A stretch of 64,000 nt of DNA from positions 1,312,001-1,376,000 of the forward strand of contig OZ253555.1 in the NCBI GenBank assembly GCA_965262725.1. The letters run 5' to 3'. The DNA comes from Dehalococcoidia bacterium. Lineage in GTDB: Bacteria; Chloroflexota; Dehalococcoidia; UBA2979. Both the position numbers and the translations under genes were made by a program. Under the pieces are notes generated by a model. The model saw nothing but the letters and a program-made list of their open reading frames with translations. It did no database searches and had not been told where the DNA came from. Of the stretch, positions 1 to 12,770 are shown one piece after another (within the stretch, counting starts at the first letter, position 1; each line of letters begins with the position of its first letter).

Positions 1-9
1 ACGCGGGCC

Positions 10-1227
10 CTAGTCACCAAGAGCTGTCTTGAAGCGCCGCTCGACCGCGTCAAGGTAGCCAGCCGTCGTCAGCCACGGTTGCTCCGAGCCGACGAGCAGC
101 GCCAGGTCCCTCGTCATCTCGCCACCCTCGACCGCGTCGACACAGGCGCGCTCCAGCGTCCCGGCGAAACTCGCCACGGTCGGCGTTTCGTCCAGTCGGG
201 CGCGATGTGCGAGCCCGCGCGTCCACGCGAAGATCGAGGCGATCGGGTTCGTCGAGGTCTTCTCGCCGCGCTGGTAAGCGCGAAAATGTCGTGTCACCGT
301 GCCGTGCGCGGCCTCGGCCTCCACGGTATCGCCGTCGGGCGTGATGAGCACCGAGGTCATCAGTCCAAGCGAGCCGAATCCCTGCGCGACCGCGTCCGAT
401 TGGACGTCCCCGTCGTAGTTCTTGGCGGCCCAGATGAATCCGCCGCTCCACTTCATGGCCTGCGCCACGAGATCGTCGATCAAGCGGTGCTCGTACGTGA
501 TGCCGGCTTCGGCGAAGCGCTGGGCGAACTCCTCATCGAAGACCCGCTGGAAGATCTGGAGGAAGCGACCGTCGTACACCTTGAGGATCGTGTTCTTCGT
601 TGACAGGTAAACGGGCCAGCGCCGCTGCAGGCCGTAGTTCAGGCAGGTGCGTGCGAAGTCGCTGATCGAGTCGTCGAGGTTGAACATGCCCAGTGCCACG
701 CCGGGCGCGTCGAAGGCGTTCACCTCATAGGAGACGACGTCGCCGCCGTCCGCCGGTTCGAAGGTCAGCGTCAGGGTCCCCGGGCCCGGGATGTCGATGT
801 CCGTCGCGCGGTACTGATCGCCGAAAGCGTGGCGGCCGATCACGATCGGCTGCGTCCACCCTGGCACGAGTCGCGGCACGTTCTCGCAGAGGATGGGCTC
901 CCGGAAGACCGTTCCCCCGAGGATGTTGCGGATGGTTCCGTTGGGCGACCGCCACATCTGCTTCAGGCCGAACTCCTCGACACGGTCCTCGTCGGGCGTG
1001 ATCGTGGCGCACTTGACGCCCACGCCGTGCTCGCGGATGGCGTTCGCCGCCTCGACCGTGATGCGGTCGTCCGTGGCGTCGCGCGCCTCGATGCCGAGGT
1101 CGAAATAGCGCAGGTCGACCTCTAGGTAGGGGAGGATCAGACGCTCCCTGATCCACGCCCACATGATCCGCGCCATCTCGTCGCCGTCGAGTTCGACGAT
1201 CGGATTCTCAACCCGAATCTTCTCCAC
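10..1227 (-). CDS. icd: NADP-dependent isocitrate dehydrogenase
   Basis: C-terminal part of ORF 10..2361: [51 protein letters not shown] start at 1227 with AGGGG RBS. Confidence 0.96.
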   Translation of the reverse strand: MEKIRVENPIVELDGDEMARIMWAWIRERLILPYLEVDLRYFDLGIEARDATDDRITVEAANAIREHGVGVKCATITPDEDRVEEFGLKQMWRSPNGTIRNILGGTVFREPILCENVPRLVPGWTQPIVIGRHAFGDQYRATDIDIPGPGTLTLTFEPADGGDVVSYEVNAFDAPGVALGMFNLDDSISDFARTCLNYGLQRRWPVYLSTKNTILKVYDGRFLQIFQRVFDEEFAQRFAEAGITYEHRLIDDLVAQAMKWSGGFIWAAKNYDGDVQSDAVAQGFGSLGLMTSVLITPDGDTVEAEAAHGTVTRHFRAYQRGEKTSTNPIASIFAWTRGLAHRARLDETPTVASFAGTLERACVDAVEGGEMTRDLALLVGSEQPWLTTAGYLDAVERRFKTALGD

Positions 1228-1313
1228 GCCGTGTTCCCCTCGTCGCCCGCGCGTTCCGGTCGCCTGCCGCGTCGCCGCGACGCCCGCCCCGCGCGTTGGG
1301 TCTGCGGTGCCCG

Positions 1314-2855
1314 CTAGAGCGGGATGTTCCCGTGCTTCTTCGGCGGTGGCACGTCGGCCTTGGTGCGCAGCATCGCCAGTGCGTGCGCGATCTTCGCACG
1401 GGTGTCGCGCGGATCGATGACATCGTCGATATAGCCGCGGGCCGCAGCGATGTACGGGTGCTCGAGGCGCTCGCGGTACTCGGCGGTGAGCTCGGCGCGC
1501 TTCGCCTCCACATCCTCCGCAGCCTGAAGCTCCCGCCTCGCGATGATGTTCACCGCCTGGCCTGCCCCCATGACCGCGATCGCCGCGGTGGGCCACGCGT
1601 AGTTCACGTCCGCGGCGAGGTGCTTCGATCCCATCGCGTCGTAGGCGCCGCCGAACCCCTTGCGCAGGATCACGGTGATCTTCGGGACGGTCGCCTCCGC
1701 ATAGGCGTACACGAGCTTGGCACCGTGGGTGATGATTCCGCCGTATTCCTGCGACAGGCCGGGGAGGTAGCCGGGCACGTCCACGAGCGTGACCAGTGGC
1801 ACGTTGAAGGCGTCGCAGAAGCGCACGAAGCGTGCGGCCTTGCGCGAGGAGTCGATGTCGAGCACGCCGCCGAGGTACATGGGCTGGTTCGCGACCACGC
1901 CCACGGAATAGCCCGCGATACGCGCGAAGCCGACGACGATGTTCTGCGCGAAGAACTCGTGCACCTCCTGGAAGTCCCCGTGGTCGACCAGTTGCTCGAT
2001 GACGTCGCGCACGTCGTACGGCACCGCGTCGTCGTCCGGAACCATGCTCGCGATGTCGGACAGCCTCCGGTCGGGCGGATCCCCGGTGTCTGAATACGGC
2101 GGCTCCTCCATCTGATTCGGGGGGATGAAGGCGAGCATGCGGCGCACCTCCTCGAGGCACGCCTGCTCCCCCTCGATGGAGAACTGCGCCGCACCGGACT
2201 TGGCGTTGTGCGACATCGCCCCGCCGAGTTCCTCCTGCGTCGTCTGTTCCCCCGTCACCGCCGCTATCACGTCCGGCCCCGTGATGAACATCTGCGAGGT
2301 GCCCTTCACCATGAAGATGAAGTCCGTGATCGCCGGCGAGTAGACCGCGCCGCCGGCGCACGGTCCCAGGATCACGCTGATCTGGGGGACGACGCCCGAG
2401 GCCCGCACGTTGCGCAGGAAGATCTCCCCGTAGCCCGCGAGCGCCGTCACGCCCTCCTGGATGCGGGCGCCGCCCGAGTCATTGAGCCCGATGATGGGCA
2501 CCCCGATCTTCACTGCCAGGTCCATCGTCTTCGCGATCTTGGTGCCAACGACCTCGCCGAGCGATCCCCCGTAGACGGTGAAGTCCTGGGCGAACACGCA
2601 GACGGTGCGCCCGTCGATGGTGCCCCAGCCGGTGACGACCGCGTCGCCGTGGAAGTTCTCCCTGTCCCCTTCGCTCATTGAGACGGCGAGCGCATCGATC
2701 TCCTCGAAGCTCTCGGGGTCGACCAGGAGGTTGATGCGCTCCCGCGCGGTGAACTTTCCGCGCGCGTGCTGTGCGTCGATCCGCACCTGGCCGCCGCCGA
2801 GGGCGGCCTCCTCTTTCAGCGCCTTCAGCGCCGCGAGCTTCTCGTCGAAGGACAT
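1314..2855 (-). CDS. pccB: Acyl-CoA (propionyl-CoA-type) carboxylase, carboxyltransferase beta subunit
   Basis: [25 protein letters not shown] and C-terminal [10 protein letters not shown] motifs. ATG 2855 with GAGG RBS. Confidence 0.9.
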   Translation of the reverse strand: MSFDEKLAALKALKEEAALGGGQVRIDAQHARGKFTARERINLLVDPESFEEIDALAVSMSEGDRENFHGDAVVTGWGTIDGRTVCVFAQDFTVYGGSLGEVVGTKIAKTMDLAVKIGVPIIGLNDSGGARIQEGVTALAGYGEIFLRNVRASGVVPQISVILGPCAGGAVYSPAITDFIFMVKGTSQMFITGPDVIAAVTGEQTTQEELGGAMSHNAKSGAAQFSIEGEQACLEEVRRMLAFIPPNQMEEPPYSDTGDPPDRRLSDIASMVPDDDAVPYDVRDVIEQLVDHGDFQEVHEFFAQNIVVGFARIAGYSVGVVANQPMYLGGVLDIDSSRKAARFVRFCDAFNVPLVTLVDVPGYLPGLSQEYGGIITHGAKLVYAYAEATVPKITVILRKGFGGAYDAMGSKHLAADVNYAWPTAAIAVMGAGQAVNIIARRELQAAEDVEAKRAELTAEYRERLEHPYIAAARGYIDDVIDPRDTRAKIAHALAMLRTKADVPPPKKHGNIPL

Positions 2856-3054
2856 GCACCTACCTCGGCTCACGTGTCGTCTATCTGGCCGGTGGCCCGC
2901 GTCAGTATCGTCACTCCCGCCCCGCCACGCCAGCGTGGACGGGCGGGCGGAGCGGTGCGAGGGAAGGTTCGGTGCCCGCCGACCGGCTCCGCCCGCACGC
3001 CCCGGGGCCGCGTCAGCGAAGCGTCATCCGGCCCCGGGACGCCGAACCTCGTGG

Positions 3055-3114
<60 letters not shown>

Positions 3115-3154
3115 GGGATCATGGTTCCGGTGCCGTGGCCCTCGCGCGCGACGC

Positions 3155-3802
<648 letters not shown>

Positions 3803-3894
3803 CGTTGAGTCCCGGCCGGGGGAGACCACTTGAATGCTATGCGAGCGCCGGGTGTCCTTCAACCGCCGACCGGTGGCGGGGACGGCGAGCGGCA

Positions 3895-5226
3895 TCACTC
3901 GCGTGGGATCCCGCCCGTGGCCAGCAGCCGCCGAGCGAGTTCCTCGCTGATGCTGAGCATCCGCGCCAGGTCGTCGCGCGAGGCATTCGCGATGTTGTCC
4001 TCCGGGCTATGGATGAAGGTGTCGTCGCCGGAGTGCACTGTGATCGCGGGGACGCCCGCGGTGTCGAAGCTCGCGTGGTCGGATGAGGCGTACGGCGGAA
4101 ACGGTGCCGCGGGCAGCTCCTCGCCGAGGTCGCGCGCCACGATCGAGGCGTAGTCGGCGAGGCCGGCGTGGCCTCGCACGAACACGGGGGCCGTCATCTT
4201 CGACACCATGTCGAAGTTGAGCATGAAGGCCTCATCCCCGACGTCGTGGGCGGCCACGAAGGCCTCCGATCCGACGAGCCCCACCTCCTCGGCACCGAAG
4301 GCGACGACGCAGAGCGACTCGGCGCCGGGCGCGCCACGCAGCACGCGCGCGAGCTCGAGGATCAGCGCCACACCGCTCGCGTTGTCGTTGGCTCCGGGTG
4401 AGGAGGGCACGGAGTCGTAGTGCGCGCCGAGGTAGGCCGTGCACTCGGCGTCCCCGGCGCGGGCGACGACGTTCTGCGAATCGAGCGTCTCGGCCGTGGG
4501 CCCGACCGACAGCAGCGCGCCGGGAGAGGCCGCCTCCAGCGCCTCGAGCGCGGCACCGGCCTCGCTCGAGATGCCGAGTACGGGGATGGCGGGCCGCGCG
4601 TCGCCGAGCATACCGAGCAGCTCCCCCGCCTCGTTGTTCACCACCAGCAGGGCGGAGGCGCCCGCGCGCGCGGCGTTCTGAGCCTTCGCGGCGAAGGTCA
4701 GCACGCCGCGCTGCACCACCGCCACCGCTCCCCCTGCCTCGACCGACGCGAAGTCGGCGGGACTTCCGTGACCCGGGACCAGCACGACGTGCCCCTCGGC
4801 GGCGATCCGGGGCGCGCCTGCCATGAAGCGGGCGGGCAGCACCTCCCCGAGCGCTGGCGACGATGCCTCTGCTGCGTCGGGAGGGGGCGGCACGGGGAAG
4901 GTCTCGATGGAGACGACGTAGCCGGCGTCGGCGAGCTGGCCGGCCACGTAGTCGGCGGCTGCCCGCTCCTCGGGGCTCCCCGCGACTCGTGACCCGATCG
5001 CGACGGCGAGCACCTGCAGGTGTGCGAACGCGCGCTCGGCGTCCGCCTGTCCGGCCGCCGGGGTCGGCGCGATCGTCGCGGCCGCCGCGGGAGACGTGCC
5101 GGCGGGCGTGCTGGCCGGGGGCCCGGGGTCGGTCGCGGGTCCCGCTCCCCCTGAGCACGCAGCGAGCACGACGGCGACGGCCGCCGCGAGCGCCAAGATC
5201 GGCCGGGGCAGCGGGTTCCGGGTCAT
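3895..5226 (-). CDS. M28 family aminopeptidase with PA domain, lipoprotein
   Basis: VLAA-C lipobox; GAHYDS, GANDNASG, AEEVG, SSDHASF and IHSPED motifs. Confidence 0.9.
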   Translation of the reverse strand: MTRNPLPRPILALAAAVAVVLAACSGGAGPATDPGPPASTPAGTSPAAAATIAPTPAAGQADAERAFAHLQVLAVAIGSRVAGSPEERAAADYVAGQLADAGYVVSIETFPVPPPPDAAEASSPALGEVLPARFMAGAPRIAAEGHVVLVPGHGSPADFASVEAGGAVAVVQRGVLTFAAKAQNAARAGASALLVVNNEAGELLGMLGDARPAIPVLGISSEAGAALEALEAASPGALLSVGPTAETLDSQNVVARAGDAECTAYLGAHYDSVPSSPGANDNASGVALILELARVLRGAPGAESLCVVAFGAEEVGLVGSEAFVAAHDVGDEAFMLNFDMVSKMTAPVFVRGHAGLADYASIVARDLGEELPAAPFPPYASSDHASFDTAGVPAITVHSGDDTFIHSPEDNIANASRDDLARMLSISEELARRLLATGGIPRE

Positions 5227-5275
5227 GTGCTGACTCCGGCGGGCGGGGCGCTGTGGGCCCCGCCCGGGCGCGAAT

Positions 5276-5719
5276 TCAGCGGCCCTCCCGCCCGCCGCGG
5301 GCGCGGTACCAGCGTCGGATGCGGTCCATCAGGTTCGGTGTCCGGTACTCGATAGTGCGCCCACGCCACCGCTGTTGCTGCCTGGACCGGGGGCTCGCCG
5401 TGAAGATCAGGATCGCGAAGCTCGAGACGAAGAGCACGATTCCGGCGTAGAGCGCCCACTGCATCGCGAGCGGATGGATCCGCCGGAAGACGAGCGATCC
5501 GATGATGACGATGAATGAGAGCAGCATCAGTTGGGAGACGGATACGCGGCCGAGCTGGCGCGCCGCCGCGCGCTCTGCGGCGGACACTCTGTCGCCGATC
5601 TGTCGCAGCGCGCGGCGCCAGGCCCGGGCACGGGGTGACTCGGGCTTCGGGAAGTGCTCGATCTTGTTGAGGATCTCCTCGATCTCGTCCTTGAGCCTAT
5701 CCGGGTTCTTCTCGGCCAT
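5276..5719 (-). CDS. Hypothetical membrane protein
   Basis: MAEKNPDRLKDEIEEIL start, two hydrophobic helices, basic C-terminus. Confidence 0.7.
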   Translation of the reverse strand: MAEKNPDRLKDEIEEILNKIEHFPKPESPRARAWRRALRQIGDRVSAAERAAARQLGRVSVSQLMLLSFIVIIGSLVFRRIHPLAMQWALYAGIVLFVSSFAILIFTASPRSRQQQRWRGRTIEYRTPNLMDRIRRWYRARGGREGR

Positions 5720-5847
5720 CGGCCAGCCCCAATGCGCCCTTGCCTGCCCCACTACACGAGATTGTAGCAGGGCGACCCCACTTCCCCCGCGCGTCCGCGT
5801 CCAGGTTGCGCGGGACCTCAGGCATCCCCGTCGGGCTGCCGCTCGCC

Positions 5848-7473
5848 TCACGCCTCCGGGGGGAGCGCCGGGCGGGCGGTGGGGGCGGGGAGTTCGTGCC
5901 AGCCACCGCCGCCGGGCGTCTCGATCCGCAGCACGTCGCCCGGCGCGACCTGAATCTCGGCGCGGGCCCCGAGCTCGACCTCGACCCCGTCGGCACGCTG
6001 CAGTGTGTTGCGCCCGGGAGCGCCCGGAGCACCCCCGGACAGTCCGGGCGGCGGCAGCCGGCGGCGCTCGGTGACGAGGGTGACCGTCGCCGGGGCGTGG
6101 AAGAGGTACTCGCGCACCAGGCCGTTGCCACCCGGATGCCGTCCCGCCCCGCCGGAACCCCGGCGCAGCACGTAGCGCTGGACCTCGAAGGGGTAGGCGA
6201 GCGGCAACGCCTCCACCGGCGTGTTCAGCGTGTTCGTCATGTGGGTGTGCACGCCGGAGCGGCCGGGGCGCCGTGGTCCGCCGCCCGCGCCGCCGGCGAT
6301 CGTCTCGTAGTAGGCGAAGCCCTCCCCGCTGGGCGTGGTCCCCCCGATCGTGATGTTGTTCATCGTGCCCTGCGAGGCGGCGGGGATGTGACCCGGCAGG
6401 GCCTGCGCGAGCGCGGCGAGCGCGACGTCGACCACCCGCTGCGACGTCTCGACGTTGCCGGCGGAGACCGCGCGGGGCGGACCGGCCGAGACGACCGACC
6501 GTTCACGGAGCTCGACCTCCACGGGCAGGTAGCACCCCTCGTTGGTCGGTGCATCGGGACCGGCGAGGCACCGCATGACGTAGTAGCACGCCGAGCGAGT
6601 CACCGCCGCGACCGCGTTCAGGGAGCTCTCCCTCGTCTCGGGGTCGCTGCCGGTGAAGTCGAACGTCGCCCGCTCGCCGTCGATCGTGAGCACGAGCCGG
6701 ATCGCGAGACCGTCGTCTCCCACCTCGAGGTGGTCGCTGGCCTCGTAGCGGCCGTCCGGGATACCGGCGATGACGCGCCGCATCGTGCGCTCGCCGTACG
6801 AGATCAGCGCTGCCGCACGCGCCGCGAGGCCGGCCTCGCCGAAGCGCTGGGCCGCCTCCTGCATCCGCCGGGCTCCGAGGGTGGTCGCTGCGAGCTGGGC
6901 GCGGAGGTCTCCGCGACGCTCCTCGGGCGCGCGCGAGTTGTGGGCGATCAAGGCGAGCGCCGCTTCGTTCGGCTCTCCTGCTTTCACGAGCCGCAGGGGC
7001 GGAACGACGAGCCCCTCCTGCAGCAGTTCCCTCGCCACCGGCATCGACCCAGGCGCCATCCCGCCGATGTCCGCGTGGTGGGCCCGCGTGGCGACGAAGC
7101 CGATGGGTGCGCCGGTCTCCCCGGGGGCGGCTTCGGGCGCGAACACGGGTGCGACCGTCGTCAGATCGGGCAGGTGCGTGCCGCCGAGGAAGGGGTCGTT
7201 GAGTGCCAGCACGTCCCCCGGGCGGAACGGGGCCAGTGCGAGCACCGCGCGGACGGCGGTCGGCATCGCTCCCAGGTGCACGGGGATGTGAGCCGCCTGA
7301 GCCACCATCGCGCCCCGGGCGTCGAAGACGGCACAGGAGTAGTCGCGCCGCTCCTTGATGTTCGGGGAGTAGGCCGTGCGGCCCAGCGCCTCTCCCATCT
7401 CCTCCGCGATCGCCGAGAGCGCCGCTTCGGCGATCGCGAGTTCCGATGCCGACAGCACGGCGTCGTCGCTCAT
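5848..7473 (-). CDS. Hydantoinase B / 5-oxoprolinase subunit
   Basis: [35 protein letters not shown] and [11 protein letters not shown] motifs. Confidence 0.93.
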   Translation of the reverse strand: MSDDAVLSASELAIAEAALSAIAEEMGEALGRTAYSPNIKERRDYSCAVFDARGAMVAQAAHIPVHLGAMPTAVRAVLALAPFRPGDVLALNDPFLGGTHLPDLTTVAPVFAPEAAPGETGAPIGFVATRAHHADIGGMAPGSMPVARELLQEGLVVPPLRLVKAGEPNEAALALIAHNSRAPEERRGDLRAQLAATTLGARRMQEAAQRFGEAGLAARAAALISYGERTMRRVIAGIPDGRYEASDHLEVGDDGLAIRLVLTIDGERATFDFTGSDPETRESSLNAVAAVTRSACYYVMRCLAGPDAPTNEGCYLPVEVELRERSVVSAGPPRAVSAGNVETSQRVVDVALAALAQALPGHIPAASQGTMNNITIGGTTPSGEGFAYYETIAGGAGGGPRRPGRSGVHTHMTNTLNTPVEALPLAYPFEVQRYVLRRGSGGAGRHPGGNGLVREYLFHAPATVTLVTERRRLPPPGLSGGAPGAPGRNTLQRADGVEVELGARAEIQVAPGDVLRIETPGGGGWHELPAPTARPALPPEA

Positions 7474-9584
7474 CGGGCCTCTCCGCTTCGCCGGAGCAGC
7501 AGGTTGCCGTGCTGGTCGGTGCTCGCGGACCAGCCGGGAGTAATGAGAGTCGTCGCATCGAGCTGCGTCAGAATCGCCGGCCCCTCCACGGCGTCACCGG
7601 TGTTCAGGGAGGCGCGCTCGATGACCTGAGTGGGCACCCGCTCGCCGTCGAACCAGCACCCGACGACGGTCGCGCCCGCCGCGGGGGACCGCCGCATCCT
7701 CGCCTCGTCCGGGCGATCCTCGCCCCCCGCGCGCGGCGGCTCCGCCAGCACAGGCGCGCCCGCAAGCCGGGCGCGGGCTCGCACCGCCACGACTTCAACC
7801 GGCGCGGTGGGGTCATGGTGGGCGAACCGTCTCTGGTGCAGGAGGTGGAAGCGGGAGCGCACTGCGTGGGCGGCTCCCGTGTCGAGCGCGCCGTCGCGGT
7901 CGAGTTCGACGGTCAGCTCGTACGACTGCCCACGGTAGCGCAGGTCGAGCGCGCGCGAGACCTGTACAACCTCAATCTCCCGCGCCAGCTCGCCCAGCAC
8001 CTCTCCGGTGACCTCGTCCAGGGCCGCGCGGAGGGCAGCGAGCAGCGAGGGGTCGTCCGGCGCGAGCGGGCGGAGGACGGAGCGCGCGCGCTCGGCCGTC
8101 AGGTCCGCGGAGGCCGCGCCGAGCGCCGCAAGGACGCCGGGGGCGGGTGGGATCAGCACGCGGGGCACATCGAGCGCCTCGGCCAGCGTGCAGGCGTGCA
8201 TGGGGCCTGCGCCGCCGAAGGCGACCAGCGTGAACTCACGGGGGTCGCGACCGCGCTGCACCGAGACCACACGCAGCGCCCGCTCCATGTTCGCGACGGC
8301 GACGTCGATCACAGCCTGCGCCGCGCGATGGGGGTCGCCGCCGAAGTGGTGCACGAGCCCGGATACGGCGCTCCGAGCCCGCCGCTCGTCGAGGCGTATC
8401 GCGCCGCCCAGGAGCCCGCCGGGGGGTCCCGCGCCCGGGCCCGCACGTCGTCCACCTGGACCCAGACGCCCGAGCACGACCAGCGCATCGGTGACCGTGA
8501 AGTCCCGGCCGCGGCCGTACGCGGCCGGGCCGGGGTCGGCGCCGGCGGACTGCGGCCCGACGCGCAGGGCGCCGCCGGCGTCGACGCTCGCGATCGATCC
8601 GCCCCCGGCCCCGACGGTGTGCACGTCGACGGTGGGAGTGCGTGCGGTCAGCCCGTCGATGTCAAGGTCCGGTCGCGTCGGCACTCCGGCGTCGCAGAGC
8701 GCGACGTCGGTCGAGGTGCCCCCCATGTCGAGCGTGAGCAATCGGTCGAAGCCGGCCAGCCGGGCCGCCGCGACCGCGCCCGAGACCCCCGCGGCGGGCC
8801 CCGACAGGAGCGTCGCGACCGGGAGCCTCTTCGCCCGCTCCACGCCAGCCGCGCCCCCATCGGACTGCACGATGTGCAGGCGGCCGCTGCCGCGGGTAGC
8901 GAGTCCCTCGGAGAGGCCCGCTAGGTAGCGGCCCATCAGCGGCCCGACGTAGCTGTTCAGTGCGGTCGTGGCGGTGCGCTCGACCTCGCGGTACTCCGGC
9001 GACACCTGTGACGAGAGCGAGAGGTAGAGTCCCTCCGCCTTGGCCGGCTCCGTGAACAGCCGCTCCAGGACGGGGTTCGCGTAGGAGTAGAGCAGAGAAA
9101 CCGCGAGCGACTCGGCACCCTCCTCGACTGCCCGGCGGACGAGCTCGCCGATCTCGTCCCGCTCCGCCGCGACGGCGACCTCGCCGCTGGGCCGGAGCCG
9201 TGCGCGCAGCTCGAAGGTGAGGTCCGCCGGCACGATCGGCTCGGGAGTCTCCGGCTCGAGGTCGTAGATGTCGCGGCGCGTCTGCCGCCCGATCACGAGC
9301 AGATCGCGCATTCCCTCTGTGGTCACGAGGGCGGTCCGGGCGCCGCGCCTCTCGAGCACGGCGTTGGTCGCCACCGTGGTGCCATGCACGACGAGGGTCG
9401 GGGCCTCCGCCCGCGACAGGCCGAGTTCGTCGAGACCCTGGAGCACGGCCCGCGACGGATCGTCGGGTGTCGACGGCCGCTTGTGGACCCGAATCGCTCC
9501 CTCGTCCCAGAGCAGGAAGTCGGTAAAGGTGCCCCCCACGTCCACGCCGAGGACGCGCCGCCTGGCCCCCGGTGCGTCCGCCAT
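7470..9584 (-). CDS. Hydantoinase A / 5-oxoprolinase subunit
   Basis: DVGGTFTD, HGTTVATN, SGPAAG, DMGGTSTD and GAGGGS motifs; 4-nt overlap with the B subunit. Confidence 0.93.
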   Translation of the reverse strand: MADAPGARRRVLGVDVGGTFTDFLLWDEGAIRVHKRPSTPDDPSRAVLQGLDELGLSRAEAPTLVVHGTTVATNAVLERRGARTALVTTEGMRDLLVIGRQTRRDIYDLEPETPEPIVPADLTFELRARLRPSGEVAVAAERDEIGELVRRAVEEGAESLAVSLLYSYANPVLERLFTEPAKAEGLYLSLSSQVSPEYREVERTATTALNSYVGPLMGRYLAGLSEGLATRGSGRLHIVQSDGGAAGVERAKRLPVATLLSGPAAGVSGAVAAARLAGFDRLLTLDMGGTSTDVALCDAGVPTRPDLDIDGLTARTPTVDVHTVGAGGGSIASVDAGGALRVGPQSAGADPGPAAYGRGRDFTVTDALVVLGRLGPGGRRAGPGAGPPGGLLGGAIRLDERRARSAVSGLVHHFGGDPHRAAQAVIDVAVANMERALRVVSVQRGRDPREFTLVAFGGAGPMHACTLAEALDVPRVLIPPAPGVLAALGAASADLTAERARSVLRPLAPDDPSLLAALRAALDEVTGEVLGELAREIEVVQVSRALDLRYRGQSYELTVELDRDGALDTGAAHAVRSRFHLLHQRRFAHHDPTAPVEVVAVRARARLAGAPVLAEPPRAGGEDRPDEARMRRSPAAGATVVGCWFDGERVPTQVIERASLNTGDAVEGPAILTQLDATTLITPGWSASTDQHGNLLLRRSGEAR

Positions 9585-9780
9585 CTGCGCCCCTCAATCG
9601 CCCGTTGTATTCTATCCGGGCGGCCGCCACGGGCAGCCGCCCGCGCGGGCGGCTTGAGCCCCCCGATTTCGCGGTTCCGCGGGCGGATCGCCGCCCGGAT
9701 GCGATGCGTCCGGGGGCGGCAGAGCGTGTGAAGGGCGCCTCGCCGGGCGTGGGCGGGAGGCGACCGGCGGTGGCCGAGTC

Positions 9781-9809
9781 TTGATCGTCCTCCGGGGGGT
9801 TGATAGCGT
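9781..9809 (+). promoter_or_regulatory. Putative sigma70 promoter of rplY
   Basis: TTGATC-N17-TAGCGT about 50 nt upstream of the start. Confidence 0.5.
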
Positions 9810-9858
9810 CAGTTGCCTACCCATCCCGCCTGCTGGGAGCCGTCGAGGAGCCGCGTCG

Positions 9859-10527
9859 ATGCCTGACACATACTCCGTGGAGCCCCGCACCACGCTCGGG
9901 AAGCGCGTCGCGCGCCTCAGGCGCCAGGGCGTGCTCCCCGCCAACATCTTCGGTCGGGGGATCGAATCCGTCGCCGTCCAGATCGGCGAGCGAGCCGTAC
10001 GCGATCTCCTGCACTCGCACGGCCTGAACACGCTCATCTCACTCGAGATCGCCGGTGAGAACTCCCCGCGTCCAGTGGTCGTGCGCGATGTCGGGCGTCA
10101 CCCCGTCACCCGCGCCCCGCTGCACCTCGACTTCTACCAGGTCGACCTTGAGCGCACGATCACCGGGTCGGTGCCCATCCAGATCGTGGGGGAATCACTG
10201 GCGGTGAGGGACCTTGGCGGTCTGCTGCTCGTCGGCGCCGATTCGGTGCAGATCGAGGCGCTGCCGGCAGATATGCCGAACAACGTGGCGGTATCGATCG
10301 AGGGGCTTGTCGAGCTCGACGACGAGATCACGGTGGGCGATATCGACCTCCCGGACACGATCACCGTGCTCAGCGACCGCGACCAGATGCTGGCACGCAT
10401 CGCGCGCCCGCGCGGTCTGTCCGCCGAGGACGAGGAGGCCGAAGGCGAGGAGGCCCGGGCCGCCGACGAGGAGACCGCCGCGGGCGGCGAGATGTCGGGC
10501 GGCGATCCCGGCGGAGCGGCGTCCTAG
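9859..10527 (+). CDS. rplY: 50S ribosomal protein L25/Ctc (long form)
   Basis: GKRVARLRRQGVLPANIFG, RHPVT..LHLDFY and an acidic tail; GAGGAG RBS. Confidence 0.93.
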   Translation: MPDTYSVEPRTTLGKRVARLRRQGVLPANIFGRGIESVAVQIGERAVRDLLHSHGLNTLISLEIAGENSPRPVVVRDVGRHPVTRAPLHLDFYQVDLERTITGSVPIQIVGESLAVRDLGGLLLVGADSVQIEALPADMPNNVAVSIEGLVELDDEITVGDIDLPDTITVLSDRDQMLARIARPRGLSAEDEEAEGEEARAADEETAAGGEMSGGDPGGAAS

Positions 10528-11675
10528 CCGCTCTCGGTCCGGGAAGGCCGGCGTCCTCGCGGACCCTGTCCCACCATCACGTCGGTCCGGAGCTGGCCGC
10601 ACGCCGCCGCGATCTGCGCGCCGCGCTCCACGCGCACCGTCGCCGCGATCCCTGCAATCTGCAGCTCGCGCTGGAAGGCGCGCACGCGCTCGCGGCGGGG
10701 GCGCCGGAGCCCCGCGCCGGGTACCGGGTTGTACGGGATGAGGTTCACGTGGGCCCGCTCGCCGCGGAGCCGCTGACCGAGTCGCCGCGCATGCGCCGGC
10801 TCGTCGTTCACGCCCTCGAGCAGCGCGTACGCGAAGGTGACGCGGCGTCCCGTCCGCTCGCGGTAGTGCCGCGCAGCACCGAGCAACCCGTCGATGGTGA
10901 TCCCGCCCGCCGTGGGCACCAGGCGCCGCCTGAGCTCGTCGTCGGGCGCATGCAGCGAGATCGCGAGACCGAGCGGCAGCCCTTCCTCCGCGAGCCGAGC
11001 GAGGGGTGCCATGAGGCCGACCGTCGAGATCGTCACCGCGCGCGGAGAGAGTCCCAGCCCCTCGGGCGCCACGAGCCATCGGATCGCGCGCATCGTTGTC
11101 CCGTAGTTGGCGAGCGGCTCTCCCATGCCCATGAACACGACATTCGTGACGCGCCGTTCCCGCTGCACGTGCAGGACCTGGTCGAGCACCTCCGCGGGCC
11201 GCAGGTTGCGGGTGAAGCCCTGCAACCCGGTCGCGCAGAACACGCAGGCCATCGCGCAGCCGAGCTGCGTGGAGACGCACACGGTCGTGCGCCCGGAGCG
11301 GATGTGTCCCTCCGCGTCGGGGTCGTACGCCATCCGTACGGCCTCGACCATCCCGCTCGAGCCGAGGTCGAAGAGGAACTTGCAGGTGTCCCCGCCGTCC
11401 GATTCCGTCGCCGCGACCACCGGCGGGGGCGCGAGCGAGAGGCTGTCGGCGAGTCGGCTGCGCAAGGGCCGGGGAAGGTCGGTCATCTGCTCGAAATCCG
11501 TGGCGCACGCCCGCAGCACCCAGCGTGCGATCTGATGGGCGCGGTACGCGGGGTGACCCCAGCCGCGGAGCAGCTCCCTGAGCTCCTCCAGCGAGAGGTC
11601 GAGCAGCGCCGTCCGGGCGTCCCCGGGCGGCCGCGCGGTGGCGGGAGGCCGGTCGGTTGTGCCGGAGGGGAGCAT
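10524..11675 (-). CDS. rlmN: 23S rRNA/tRNA adenine C2-methyltransferase RlmN (radical SAM)
   Basis: CVSTQLGCAMACVFCATG, MGMGEP, ISLHA and AACGQL motifs. Confidence 0.95.
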   Translation of the reverse strand: MLPSGTTDRPPATARPPGDARTALLDLSLEELRELLRGWGHPAYRAHQIARWVLRACATDFEQMTDLPRPLRSRLADSLSLAPPPVVAATESDGGDTCKFLFDLGSSGMVEAVRMAYDPDAEGHIRSGRTTVCVSTQLGCAMACVFCATGLQGFTRNLRPAEVLDQVLHVQRERRVTNVVFMGMGEPLANYGTTMRAIRWLVAPEGLGLSPRAVTISTVGLMAPLARLAEEGLPLGLAISLHAPDDELRRRLVPTAGGITIDGLLGAARHYRERTGRRVTFAYALLEGVNDEPAHARRLGQRLRGERAHVNLIPYNPVPGAGLRRPRRERVRAFQRELQIAGIAATVRVERGAQIAAACGQLRTDVMVGQGPRGRRPSRTESG

Positions 11676-11688
11676 CACGCAGGCCAGC

Positions 11689-12711
11689 CTATCCGCTAGT
11701 TCGATCACCGCCGCCGAGGCACGTGCCCAGCAGCCGGCCATCGCCGTGCAAGTACTCCTCGATCGTCATCGAGCGCCGGCCGGCGCGCTGCACGCGCAGC
11801 AGCGCGAGTCCGCCCTCGCCGGTCACGACCACGGCCCGGGACAGGCGCCCGGGGAGCATGGGGGTCAGCGGCTCGCCGGCGCCGGCGAGGACGGTGCCGG
11901 GGCGCGGGCCGTCCGCCGCATCCGGGAGCGACATCGGCCACGCCTCCTGTACTAGGAACGGCCGCCCCCCGCCGCGCTTGTCGGTGGGGTAGGTCGCGGC
12001 TGCCTGCGGCCACGGCTGGTATGCCCGGACGCGGCGCCAGATCTCGACGGCGGGGAGCGACCAGTCGATCGCGCCGTCGGATCGGGCGAGGCTCGGGGCG
12101 TAGCTCGCATGGGAGTCGTCCTGTGGAGCCGCCGGGATCGTCCCCGCCACCCACGCGGGTAGCCACTCGATCAGGAGCGACGCCCCGAGTTCTGCGATCC
12201 GGGAGGTGAGCGTGCCGGTCGTGTCCCGAGGATCGATCGGCGTGGGCGCCGAGGCGATCACTGGTCCGGCATCGAGCTTGCGCTCGACGACCATCAGCGA
12301 GGCGCCGGACTCCGCGTCGCCCGCGAGGATCGCCGCGGAGACGGGTGATGCCCCTCGGTGCCGGGGCAACAGTGAAGCGTGCAGGTTGATCACGCCGTGC
12401 GGGAATGCGTCCAAGAGGTGGGTGGGCAGCAGGTGTCCCGATGCGGCGAGGACGCCCACGTCGGGCCGCAGCGCCGCGACGTGCTCCGTCGTCTCGCGGC
12501 GGAGCCGTTCCGGCGCGAGCACCGGAATGTCGGCGGCCGCGGCCGCGGCTGCCACCTCGGTGGGCACCGGTCGACCGCTGCGGCCCCGCGGCCGTGGCGG
12601 TTGGGTGACCGCGCAGATGACGTCGGCCCACGGCGCCTCTAGCAGAGCCGCGAGCGTTGGCAGGGCGAACGACGGCGAGCCAAAGAAGACGACGCGGAGA
12701 GGGGGCTCCAT
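11689..12711 (-). CDS. fmt: Methionyl-tRNA formyltransferase
   Basis: [33 protein letters not shown] and LDAGP motifs. Confidence 0.95.
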   Translation of the reverse strand: MEPPLRVVFFGSPSFALPTLAALLEAPWADVICAVTQPPRPRGRSGRPVPTEVAAAAAAADIPVLAPERLRRETTEHVAALRPDVGVLAASGHLLPTHLLDAFPHGVINLHASLLPRHRGASPVSAAILAGDAESGASLMVVERKLDAGPVIASAPTPIDPRDTTGTLTSRIAELGASLLIEWLPAWVAGTIPAAPQDDSHASYAPSLARSDGAIDWSLPAVEIWRRVRAYQPWPQAAATYPTDKRGGGRPFLVQEAWPMSLPDAADGPRPGTVLAGAGEPLTPMLPGRLSRAVVVTGEGGLALLRVQRAGRRSMTIEEYLHGDGRLLGTCLGGGDRTSG

Positions 12712-12770
12712 GCCCTCATCCTACGCCGGGAGCGGCAAGATCAAGCCGTTCACGTTGTCTCGTGATGATC

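Noticed and set aside
1228-2361. 783-aa 'extended' IDH
   Set aside because: The extension is an Arg-rich alternative frame over pccB. IDH homology and an RBS begin at GTG 1227.
9635-9654. Perfect 20-bp palindrome AGCCGCCCGCGCGGGCGGCT as a REP element
   Set aside because: I saw no second copy in the window, and such palindromes are common at this GC content.
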